A stretch of DNA of 64,000 nucleotides from a virus (Duplodnaviria; Caudoviricetes), in IMG/VR virus record IMGVR_UViG_3300033067_002020, positions 1 through 64,000 of that record. One strand, 5' to 3'. Both the position numbers and the translations under genes were made by a program. The notes under the pieces were generated by a model. That model was not told the DNA's origin. It saw only the letters and a program-made list of their open reading frames with translations, and searched no databases. Below, in pieces: positions 1 to 6,823 of the stretch; position 1 is the stretch's first letter, and each line of letters starts with the position of its first letter.

Positions 1-9
1 GCGAAGGTA

Positions 10-15
10 TACAGT
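10..15 (+). promoter_or_regulatory. -10 box TACAGT of the early promoter family; upstream element lies outside the window
   Basis: GGTA-TACAGT-CTATCTATCAACTGGACACGGAA is nearly identical to 1942-1974. Confidence 0.75.
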
Positions 16-94
16 CTATCTATCAACTGGACACGGAAAGTGCTTCACTTTCCTGGAACCAGCTCCCTCCAAACACTCTCACGGAGATACCATC

Positions 95-418
95 ATGAAC
101 AAGATTTTCACTCTCGGCATGGTTTTCGGTGCGGTTGCTTGTCTTGTCGGCGCAATTTTCACCGGGTCTGCTCCCACGCCCGCTTATGCAAATTCCTCAG
201 TGACACAGGAACCGTTGCCCATGTTGGTGGTAGATTCCAGTGTCACCGTTGGAGAGATCACTCAAGTCGTCCCTGAGCTGGCTCCAGTGATGGTCACCGG
301 TGATGTGATTCACAAGCAAAAAGGTGTCAAGGTTGTGATTGGTGAAAGTGTCATGAAGAAGTGCTATGATTACGGTATGTACAGTGGTGGGACGGATTCT
401 GTGCGTATCTGTGAGTGA
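95..418 (+). CDS. Secreted/membrane-anchored protein, family A copy 1 (C-terminal CYDYGMY...ICE)
   Basis: Hydrophobic N-terminus, PAYA signal-peptidase-like site; paralogous to 1985-2278 and 4481-4789. Confidence 0.9.
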   Translation: MNKIFTLGMVFGAVACLVGAIFTGSAPTPAYANSSVTQEPLPMLVVDSSVTVGEITQVVPELAPVMVTGDVIHKQKGVKVVIGESVMKKCYDYGMYSGGTDSVRICE

Positions 419-447
419 GGCGTGGCACGGTATTTTCCATGAAGAAA

Positions 448-478
448 CTGTGTTAGAGTATATGATGTAAGGTATACT
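448..478 (+). promoter_or_regulatory. Early promoter CTGTGT-N19-TATACT
   Basis: Matches the repeated motif with an exact 19-nt spacer. Confidence 0.7.
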
Positions 479-501
479 CTAACACATGGAATCAAGGAGA
501 G

Positions 502-687
502 ATGACAATGATTGAGATTTACCAGACGTGCAGTCGTCTCGGAACGATTCACTACTACGTCGCCAGTTCACTCGCAGAGTCTCGTGCTCTTGCCACCAAG
601 CTCGCAGGCAAACGATACCGATACATCCTGACGATCTTTCCAACGCATCGAAAATATCACATTGCTAAAAAGATACTTGGGTTGTGA
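502..687 (+). CDS. Hypothetical protein, 61 aa
   Basis: GGAGA Shine-Dalgarno (SD) and promoter upstream. Confidence 0.7.
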   Translation: MTMIEIYQTCSRLGTIHYYVASSLAESRALATKLAGKRYRYILTIFPTHRKYHIAKKILGL

Positions 688-712
688 ACCTTTTTGAACG
701 GTGAGGTAAACT
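682..712 (+). promoter_or_regulatory. Early promoter TTGTGA-N19-TAAACT (leaderless)
   Basis: ATG 719 lies 6 nt after the -10 box. Confidence 0.8.
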
Positions 713-718
713 CTATCT

Positions 719-934
719 ATGTCAAAAATTGATATCGCTGTCCAACGTTTTTGCGCCCAACATGGCATCGATGCAAAAGATGTACTTAACATCATTCCTG
801 ACTTCAATGTTGATTCTGAAGGAAAAGAACCTTCAGCGTACTTTGATGCAAGTTTCCCACATGCAATCATGCCAGCAGATGAACTTCTGGCAGATTGGAT
901 CAAACTGACAATAAAATTGTTTAAACAGTCATAA
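719..934 (+). CDS. Hypothetical protein, 71 aa, leaderless
   Basis: ORF starts directly after a promoter, no SD. Confidence 0.75.
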   Translation: MSKIDIAVQRFCAQHGIDAKDVLNIIPDFNVDSEGKEPSAYFDASFPHAIMPADELLADWIKLTIKLFKQS

Positions 935-949
935 ACTAGACTTTAAATT

Positions 950-992
950 TTTGCCCTCGAATTGTGATGGTTCGAGGGTAAAGGTATAGAGT
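950..992 (+). promoter_or_regulatory. Early promoter TTGTGA-N19-TAGAGT with upstream element in the loop of a 12-bp inverted repeat
   Basis: TTTGCCCTCGAA (950-961) / TTCGAGGGTAAA (971-982), one G.T pair; loop TTGTGATGG. Confidence 0.8.
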
Positions 993-1025
993 CTATCTAT
1001 TGGTTACTCAATAGGAGACGATATC

Positions 1026-1440
1026 ATGATCTCGATCTCGATTTCTGATCTTGTGAGTGTTTGGGATGGAGATGATTTGAATGTCAAAAATGACATTCAA
1101 CGTATCCTGGAACGTTTGCAATCGAAATATGAGATCGTAGGACTTGGACGAAATCGTGTTGTCTTTCGTGACAAAGATTGGGGTGTTCAAGGTTCCATGT
1201 AACACTAACGGTGTCTTAGACAACGAAAACGAATCGTCTGTTTATCATTCTTATCGGAAAAATCATCTCGTAAAATATGCACGTTGTAAAATGTGCAGTC
1301 CTTACGTCCTTGTCATGGAATACGTCGACATTGACATCTCATTGAATGACATGCCGGATTGGGCCATGAGCATAGATTGTCAACAAGTTGGACGTGATCG
1401 ACAAGGGAATATCGTGGCATACGATTTCGGTACCACGTAA
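1026..1440 (+). pseudogene. Small protein-kinase-like gene split by a +1 frameshift at GGGG 1180-1183
   Basis: AGGAG SD and ATG 1026; frame 1 gives EIVGLGRNRVVFRDKDW. Removing one G continues WVFKVPCN..N..E..LVME..D..QVG...GNIVAYDFG, colinear with the kinase at 16503. Confidence 0.75.
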
Positions 1441-1649
1441 TGATGACTTTTCAACCCGGTGAGATTGTGAAAGCCGGTCACTTTGGTGTGACCTTGTCAA
1501 ACAAAGGACAAGAAAAAATAGAGCTTCAACGCGGCGAGTTGATGACAATCTTGAAAATATCGTGGTATGGTGACCACGTGAAGGTACTTTCGACAAAAGG
1601 TCAAGGTTGGACTCATATCAGAGACTGTGATAGACTCGCCAAAGCGTGA
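1440..1649 (+). CDS. Small SH3/KOW-like beta-barrel family member
   Basis: PGEIV start, VLSTKGQGW motif; TAATG coupling. Confidence 0.75.
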   Translation: MMTFQPGEIVKAGHFGVTLSNKGQEKIELQRGELMTILKISWYGDHVKVLSTKGQGWTHIRDCDRLAKA

Positions 1650-1655
1650 TAGAGT
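1625..1655 (+). promoter_or_regulatory. Early promoter CTGTGA-N19-TAGAGT (leaderless)
   Basis: ATG 1663 lies 7 nt after the -10 box. Confidence 0.8.
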
Positions 1656-1662
1656 CTAATCA

Positions 1663-1890
1663 ATGGCAAAAATCAATCTCACTCACAAACAAGTCGCTGA
1701 ACTCTGCCCTCAAGCGTTCCAGACGTTCTTGGAAACATACGGTGAGGCTCCAGAATTCATCGATCAGTGTGAATTTTTCATCAAATTTGAAATCACAATC
1801 AGTGGTGAACACAAATTCACCCTCTTTCATACGGAAGGTCCCGAGGTATTTGCACAAATTTATGAATGGCACAACGGTGAATGGGAGTGA
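1663..1890 (+). CDS. Hypothetical protein, 75 aa, leaderless
   Basis: Clean ORF directly after a promoter. Confidence 0.8.
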   Translation: MAKINLTHKQVAELCPQAFQTFLETYGEAPEFIDQCEFFIKFEITISGEHKFTLFHTEGPEVFAQIYEWHNGEWE

Positions 1891-1908
1891 AAGTTAGAAT
1901 CTTAAATA

Positions 1909-1951
1909 TTTGCCACTGAATTGTGATGGTTCAGTGGCAAAGGTATAGAGT
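1909..1951 (+). promoter_or_regulatory. Early promoter TTGTGA-N19-TAGAGT with upstream element in the loop of a perfect 12-bp inverted repeat
   Basis: TTTGCCACTGAA (1909-1920) / TTCAGTGGCAAA (1930-1941); loop TTGTGATGG. Confidence 0.85.
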
Positions 1952-1984
1952 CTATCTATCAACTGGACACGGAAGGCAAACATC

Positions 1985-2278
1985 ATGAACAATATTTTCA
2001 ATCTCGGGCTCATCTGTGGTGTAATTCTCTCTTTCGTCATGATTCTGATGTCAAGCACCAGTGTCACCCCAGCGCACGCCACTTCAAACACCTCACGTTA
2101 TCAGATGCTTCCCGTGATTGTCAACGTGGTGCCTTCATCTCCCATTCCAATGGCTTCCACTGTCGTCGCCCAAAAGAGCGCCAAAACTCGCGTGGCGGTC
2201 ACTGACAACGGTCATCACAACTGTTATGACTACGGGATGTATTCCGGAGGAACCGACACAGTTCACATCTGTGAGTGA
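1985..2278 (+). CDS. Secreted/membrane-anchored protein, family A copy 2
   Basis: Hydrophobic N-terminus, PAHA site, C-terminal CYDYGMYSGGTDTVHICE. Confidence 0.9.
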   Translation: MNNIFNLGLICGVILSFVMILMSSTSVTPAHATSNTSRYQMLPVIVNVVPSSPIPMASTVVAQKSAKTRVAVTDNGHHNCYDYGMYSGGTDTVHICE

Positions 2279-2300
2279 TAAACGGTGTATTTGATAACAT
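2269..2300 (+). promoter_or_regulatory. Probable early promoter CTGTGA-N20-TAACAT
   Basis: Motif match with a 20-nt spacer, upstream of the SD-led ORF at 2338. Confidence 0.5.
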
Positions 2301-2337
2301 TCTAATGTATGGTTCCAAACAAATAGGAGGATTGTAA

Positions 2338-2547
2338 ATGGATCTCACTCAATTTGAAGTTCACCACAGTGAAAGAGTCCGTACTTCGGTGCCGAGGATG
2401 GACAGTGCAAGATATGTCAAAGCTAAGTTGTTTGGTTTACCAACTGAGATGACTGTTTGGCTGCAAAATGAAACACCCATGGGTTATTGGATTCAAATTG
2501 ATCCTGATGGTCCTTATCGGCTTGTTGAAGAAATCACTGAATTGTGA
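2338..2547 (+). CDS. Hypothetical protein, 69 aa
   Basis: Strong AGGAGG SD. Confidence 0.8.
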   Translation: MDLTQFEVHHSERVRTSVPRMDSARYVKAKLFGLPTEMTVWLQNETPMGYWIQIDPDGPYRLVEEITEL

Positions 2548-2573
2548 TAAATTCTCTGGTCATGGTATAAAAT
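2542..2573 (+). promoter_or_regulatory. Early promoter TTGTGA-N20-TAAAAT (leaderless)
   Basis: ATG 2580 lies 6 nt after; inverted repeat TGGTCATG/CATGACCA flanks the -10 box. Confidence 0.7.
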
Positions 2574-2579
2574 GTTATC

Positions 2580-2741
2580 ATGACCAAAGAAGAACTCTCT
2601 GACAAACTGGATGAGGCTTTCAATCTCGTGGAGGCAGTGAAACTCGAGATTCAAACAGACCCTCGACTCGCTGAGTCGACAAAGCATCTATCTGTCGTCT
2701 GCAATAAACTTACACAAGTCTCAGCGAACCTTCAGAAGTGA
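2580..2741 (+). CDS. Hypothetical helical protein, 53 aa (MTKEELSDKLDEAFNLVEAVK...), not in the ORF track
   Basis: Translated by hand; leaderless start after a promoter; fills the gap between genes. Confidence 0.75.
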   Translation: MTKEELSDKLDEAFNLVEAVKLEIQTDPRLAESTKHLSVVCNKLTQVSANLQK

Positions 2742-2766
2742 ATCTCTCTCACTGAGAGTTTATACT
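2736..2766 (+). promoter_or_regulatory. Early promoter AAGTGA-N19-TATACT (leaderless)
   Basis: ATG 2775 lies 8 nt after; CTATCTC follows the -10 box. Confidence 0.8.
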
Positions 2767-2774
2767 CTATCTCA

Positions 2775-2966
2775 ATGGAAACACTCCAAACTATCGCCCG
2801 TAAGTTTCTCGGTTTCACCACTCTCGAAACTCGCAGGTCAGATTCACTCGACTTCAAAGAAGTTTCTGTCGAATCTGTGAAAAAAGCGCTGGAAGCTGCT
2901 TACCAACTCGGTCGCAGTCATGCTAATTTCACCAACTCTGTGAAAGACTCCAAAGACGAGGAGTGA
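2775..2966 (+). CDS. DUF6900-like small protein
   Basis: IA..FL...TLETRRSDSLDF.EV.V..VKKALEAAY..G resembles the DUF6900 consensus (from recall). Confidence 0.7.
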   Translation: METLQTIARKFLGFTTLETRRSDSLDFKEVSVESVKKALEAAYQLGRSHANFTNSVKDSKDEE

Positions 2967-3347
2967 TGCTGGAATGCACTCAGAATAATCATCGGATTGA
3001 GAGATGGAATCAGTGTCCCTCAACCCGCGGGTTGTCTGATCGCACTTCTGGTGAACGAGAACATGTCTGTGATTGTCATTGTTCTGGACCCACCCAGCCG
3101 GGGCCACTTGTGCCAGTGACACTGTGAGCCGCCATTTTCTCAGTGGATAGATTCAGTGTCCGGCCCATGAAAATAATCGAGGTCACACTCTAGGGCGGCG
3201 ATTCTTGAGCGATGGGTCAGTGCCGCGGCGTCAGGTATCGGTCAGGGGTGAACTGGAACGTCATAACGCCTTCAACGTCAACATCACTTTCACAGTTCAT
3301 GATGAAACGATCAGAACACTCTTGGCACGGATATTTCCACCAACCCA

Positions 3348-3378
3348 GTGTGAACCTGATACGAGGGGAGGTTATACT
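3348..3378 (+). promoter_or_regulatory. Early promoter GTGTGA-N19-TATACT (leaderless)
   Basis: ATG 3386 lies 7 nt after. Confidence 0.8.
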
Positions 3379-3385
3379 CTAACTC

Positions 3386-3664
3386 ATGACCGGAAAGCCC
3401 AACGAAACTGAAACTCGTGCGGACGCTTTGAAACGAATCTTGAAGGAAGAGGTTGATCAATCTGGGTGTGGACACGTTAGTGCTGATGTCTTGTTGGAAG
3501 CTGATATTCATTGTCAATCTTACGATCATGTCTATTATTTCTTGTTCGGCACCCTGTATTGTGGAATCTGGGCATCTAACGAGTTGATCAAACAGAAAGC
3601 ATACTACGACCCGAAGCGCGACGCCTGGTTCAAGGTCAAATGTAATACGCGTTACGCCACCTAA
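3386..3664 (+). CDS. Hypothetical protein, 92 aa, leaderless
   Basis: ORF directly after a promoter. Confidence 0.8.
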   Translation: MTGKPNETETRADALKRILKEEVDQSGCGHVSADVLLEADIHCQSYDHVYYFLFGTLYCGIWASNELIKQKAYYDPKRDAWFKVKCNTRYAT

Positions 3665-3835
3665 TCTGATAATTGTCATCTGAGAGCGGGATCAATGACA
3701 TCCCGCTCTCAGGTAACACTGTCATCTGACGTTCAGATTAGAAACTGACGATAACGCTGGAACACGACATGGCATCCATCCAATAACGGACGATGCCATT
3801 TGATCGTGTTATGATCCCAATCAGTTCTATCCAGA
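3661..3835 (+). ncRNA. Candidate structured non-coding RNA or 3' UTR element
   Basis: Perfect 13-bp stem 3680-3692/3700-3712 inside a 9-bp stem 3661-3669/3733-3741; second hairpin 3761-3767/3804-3810 plus 3769-3776/3792-3799; no ORF. Confidence 0.45.
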
Positions 3836-3932
3836 CACCCATCGACCACACAGAAATATATTCATTTTCAAAAGTTTCAAAATAGTTTGAAACCTAATAG
3901 ATTTTGGATTTTGATTTTAGACACCACATCTC

Positions 3933-3963
3933 TCGTGGCACACAGTGTCTTTAACATTATACT
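3933..3963 (+). promoter_or_regulatory. Early promoter TCGTGG-N19-TATACT with no convincing downstream ORF
   Basis: Exact 19-nt spacer. Confidence 0.6.
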
Positions 3964-3969
3964 TTGGGT

Positions 3970-4150
3970 GTGGCACACTTACACAAAATCTACGTTTATT
4001 GGAACGATCGATTCGTAGACATTCCCGTCCAATCGATCCAACACTGCAAGAAATTTATACCCCACATGACACAAACAGTCATAAAAAAATAATCAAGTGT
4101 TTGTGTATCATCGATGTCGATAGCTTATGACACTTTCACAAAGTGTTGTT
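3970..4150 (+). ncRNA. Candidate promoter-driven small RNA
   Basis: Stems 3989-3994/4014-4019, 4069-4077/4098-4106, 4078-4084/4125-4131 (pseudoknot topology), 4130-4136/4140-4146. Confidence 0.35.
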
Positions 4151-4152
4151 AA

Positions 4153-4190
4153 CTTTTCGATGTGTAAAACAACATCGAAAAGGTTATACT
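4153..4190 (+). promoter_or_regulatory. Early promoter ATGTGT-N19-TATACT within an 11-bp inverted repeat (leaderless)
   Basis: CTTTTCGATGT (4153-4163) / ACATCGAAAAG (4172-4182); ATG 4199 lies 8 nt after the -10 box. Confidence 0.75.
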
Positions 4191-4198
4191 CTATCTCA

Positions 4199-4378
4199 AT
4201 GGCAACCACCCTCGCTCTGCTGGTCACTCTCTTCAACGTCACTTTCACCACGGTGCCCGTTGACACCACCATCGAACTTTCACCGGTCACCATCAGCGCC
4301 GAGGATTGTGAAAGTGACACCCAGGTTGAAGAGTCATACGCTGTGATTATTGAAGAAGCCAAGCTCACCATCTATTAG
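4199..4378 (+). CDS. Small acidic, probably exported protein, 59 aa (start corrected from 4127)
   Basis: Leaderless ATG after promoter; hydrophobic N-terminus MATTLALLVTLF. Confidence 0.7.
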   Translation: MATTLALLVTLFNVTFTTVPVDTTIELSPVTISAEDCESDTQVEESYAVIIEEAKLTIY

Positions 4379-4385
4379 TGTGAAA

Positions 4386-4411
4386 GTTGTGGGGGTGCAA
4401 ACCCCCACAAC
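4386..4411 (+). terminator. GCAA-tetraloop hairpin after the ORF ending at 4378 (terminator or stabiliser)
   Basis: GTTGTGGGGGT-GCAA-ACCCCCACAAC is a perfect 11-bp stem; no U-tract. Confidence 0.5.
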
Positions 4412-4412
4412 A

Positions 4413-4443
4413 CTGTGAATCTTCGACAGCGAAAGTATATAGT
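4413..4443 (+). promoter_or_regulatory. Early promoter CTGTGA-N19-TATAGT
   Basis: Followed by CTATCTATCAACTGG, as in family A copies 1 and 2. Confidence 0.85.
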
Positions 4444-4480
4444 CTATCTATCAACTGGTAACAAGGTGGAGCAAAACATC

Positions 4481-4789
4481 ATGAACAAGATTTTCACCCT
4501 CGGCATGGTTTTTGGCGCGGTCGCTTGCTTGGTCGGTGCAATTTTCACTGCAAGCGTTGAAAAACACAGCTACGCAGCACGCACCACCAATGATGCAGCA
4601 CTGCCCATGTTGGTGACCAATCCCGAGCCCACTGTCACCGTTGGAGAAATCACTGCGGTTGTGAAAGTTGCTGCACCACGCCCGGTCGCAAAATCTGTGA
4701 AGGTCACCGTCGCACAACCCTCACACCCCCACTGCTATGATTATGGGATGTACACAAACAGCAGTGACACGGTTCATATTTGCGAGTGA
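4481..4789 (+). CDS. Secreted/membrane-anchored protein, family A copy 3 (start corrected from 4415)
   Basis: First 23 aa identical to copy 1; GGAG SD; C-terminal CYDYGMYTNSSDTVHICE. Confidence 0.9.
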   Translation: MNKIFTLGMVFGAVACLVGAIFTASVEKHSYAARTTNDAALPMLVTNPEPTVTVGEITAVVKVAAPRPVAKSVKVTVAQPSHPHCYDYGMYTNSSDTVHICE

Positions 4790-4860
4790 GTGAAAGTGTG
4801 GCGATACGCCCCGGTTCATAGCCGGGGTGAAAGACCCTGGTAAAAGGCCGGCGCAAAACA

Positions 4861-4923
4861 CCCCGTTTCAACCCCCTTGTGGGCCCCCTAATAAAGGGCC
4901 TTAAACAACCCCATATTAACCCC
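4861..4923 (-). repeat. Five C4-5 tracts (G-tracts on the - strand)
   Basis: C-runs at 4861, 4872, 4884, 4909 and 4920. Confidence 0.6.
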
Positions 4924-5055
4924 ATCAAAAGGGGTGGAGTGGCTGGCAGCTTTTGTGGGGCCCTTGAGAACCGTCTCGTGGGCACTAAGGCTATGTGCGC
5001 ACGCGAAAAATTTCTGGCTTGAAATAGTCACTTCTATAAGTCAAACACAGGCCAG

Positions 5056-5216
5056 ACGGTCAGGATTCAGTCCTGACCTGGGAATTTATCCTTGATCACC
5101 TCATTTCTGAATTTATTATGTGCGCATAAGGAAATGAAACATTTCCGTTGATCGTGTCATTGACACGACCGTCGAAAAATTTTCAGGTCAAACGGTCAGG
5201 ATATAATCCTGACCTG
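5056..5216. repeat. Two copies of the palindrome GGTCAGGAT-N3-(A/G)TCCTGACC
   Basis: 5058-5078 and 5194-5214, 136 nt apart, in a non-coding region. Confidence 0.75.
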
Positions 5217-5282
5217 AACTGACTTTTGTCTTGTCCTGATAAAATGCAAACGTCAGACAACCAACCGCCCATTACAAGATAG

Positions 5283-5564
5283 TCAATATAACGCTGAATT
5301 TACCACAAAGGAAATGCAATGAATGCATTTCCGCTGGCACTTGTAAGTGACATAAAGGTGATCGCTTAATCCTAATCGTGTCCGACCGCTGAAATCATAT
5401 TCCTCGATTCCTTTTGATGTTAACATCGTGACTTTTGTTCCGTTATGTCTAAGAACGATCATCCTATGATAGTTGTCCTGACGGTTAGGATAAATTCCTA
5501 ACCTCGGCTCCGAGCCATCGCATTCGCCATAGTCCGACCAATGAACCAACCCTAAAGGCATCAT
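5283..5564 (-). CDS. SH3/KOW-like family member in inverted orientation
   Basis: MIVLRHNGTKVTMLTSKGIE matches the family motif. Confidence 0.6.
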   Translation of the reverse strand: MMPLGLVHWSDYGECDGSEPRLGIYPNRQDNYHRMIVLRHNGTKVTMLTSKGIEEYDFSGRTRLGLSDHLYVTYKCQRKCIHCISFVVNSALY

Positions 5565-5639
5565 CTGTGATCATTGAATCTGTTCATTCATTGCAATTCC
5601 GTTGACATGATTTTACGTTATTACATTGCAATGTTTAAA

Positions 5640-5670
5640 TTGTGATCAATGCATCAACTTATGATAACAT
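5640..5670 (+). promoter_or_regulatory. Promoter TTGTGA-N19-TAACAT
   Basis: ATG 5680 lies 9 nt after; no SD. Confidence 0.75.
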
Positions 5671-5679
5671 TAACTGCAT

Positions 5680-6813
5680 ATGACATCACAAATTGAGATG
5701 GTTTGGGTGTGTCCGAGTTGCAAGTCCACCGTCCTCGGACGACACAAAAGTTGCACTGGTTGTGGTCGACGAAAGACACGGCATGAAAGTTTCATCATGC
5801 CATCGGAATTGCAACAACTGACAGATCTGTCGCTTCTTGAGAAGGCGGCGTTGCCACCTGATTTGCAGTGCCAATTTTGTGGCGCGATGCGATTTGCGGC
5901 CACCAGACGGTCAGACAGTCGGGATACATCCCGACCTGGACTAAATCCTGACCTGAATTGCGAGAATTGTGGTGGTCAAGGAAGTGAAACACTTCCATGG
6001 GATGCCCAACCTGACAATGACATTGAAATGACAAAAGCGTTTCGACCCAAGTTTCACAACTGGAAACGTTGGGGGCTCGTGGCTGGTGGCGTTCTTGGAT
6101 TGGCCGTCGTATCATACTTGGTGTTGAGACCACACGTCGAAGGCGCCAAGGTTGATGCGTCACATTGGGTTTACACCGTGAGCGTGGAACGTTTTCATAG
6201 CGTTCATGATGAGGGGTTCAACGCTCCCTTTGGCGCTGAAAACGTCACGATGTCCGGTGCTCGGGTGCATCACTATGTCTCCGTTCCAAACGGGTTTCAC
6301 TCGGAGTTTGTGACCGACTCTCGGTGTGGTCAGGTTTGCACGCCAAGACCCCAAGTGTGCCAAACGGTGCCCCGCAGTTGCACCTCAAATCGCAACGGTT
6401 TTGCGACATGCACAGGTGGAGGAACGACGTGTTCTGGTGGTGGGATGTCATGCGTCACTCGAAGTTGTTCGGTGTCCGTCCAGGATTATCGTAACGATCC
6501 TGTCTTCATGCCATGGTTTTCTTGGGACGTGTGGCGATGGGATCATCAACGTGACGTCGTCACCGAGGGAAATTCCGTGGAGACATGGTGGCCGAGCGAC
6601 GAAAAGATCGCGTTGCGGTTGACGACGTCAGGTCGTGAGGACGAACGAATATCGGATCGCAAGGAAAAGTATGACGTCACGTTCACCACCGATTCAGGAA
6701 AGGTTGTCACCTATCACCCGGCTTCACGACAAGGTTTTATCGGTTTTCGGATTGGTGACCGGCATCGATTGAAAATCGGTCTGTTGGGTGTCGATGTTGT
6801 GAACGGGAAATGA
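5680..6813 (+). CDS. Zn-ribbon membrane protein with a Cys-rich C-terminal extracytoplasmic region
   Basis: W.CPSC...C.GCG, CQFCG and CENCGG motifs; one TM helix (WGLVAGGVLGLAVVSYLVL); later Cys-rich stretch. Confidence 0.8.
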   Translation: MTSQIEMVWVCPSCKSTVLGRHKSCTGCGRRKTRHESFIMPSELQQLTDLSLLEKAALPPDLQCQFCGAMRFAATRRSDSRDTSRPGLNPDLNCENCGGQGSETLPWDAQPDNDIEMTKAFRPKFHNWKRWGLVAGGVLGLAVVSYLVLRPHVEGAKVDASHWVYTVSVERFHSVHDEGFNAPFGAENVTMSGARVHHYVSVPNGFHSEFVTDSRCGQVCTPRPQVCQTVPRSCTSNRNGFATCTGGGTTCSGGGMSCVTRSCSVSVQDYRNDPVFMPWFSWDVWRWDHQRDVVTEGNSVETWWPSDEKIALRLTTSGREDERISDRKEKYDVTFTTDSGKVVTYHPASRQGFIGFRIGDRHRLKIGLLGVDVVNGK

Positions 6814-6823
6814 AACCTTTCCG

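Noticed and set aside
950-982. tRNA, suggested by GGTTCGA
   Set aside because: The word is part of a simple hairpin arm; no acceptor, D or anticodon arms.
2964-3119. Readthrough extension of the DUF6900-like ORF
   Set aside because: The upstream protein already matches the expected short family length; an open in-frame stretch of under 50 codons is unremarkable in GC-rich DNA.
3661-3835. Retron msr-msd or tRNA/tmRNA
   Set aside because: No reverse transcriptase in the window; no cloverleaf, T-loop or CCA pattern.
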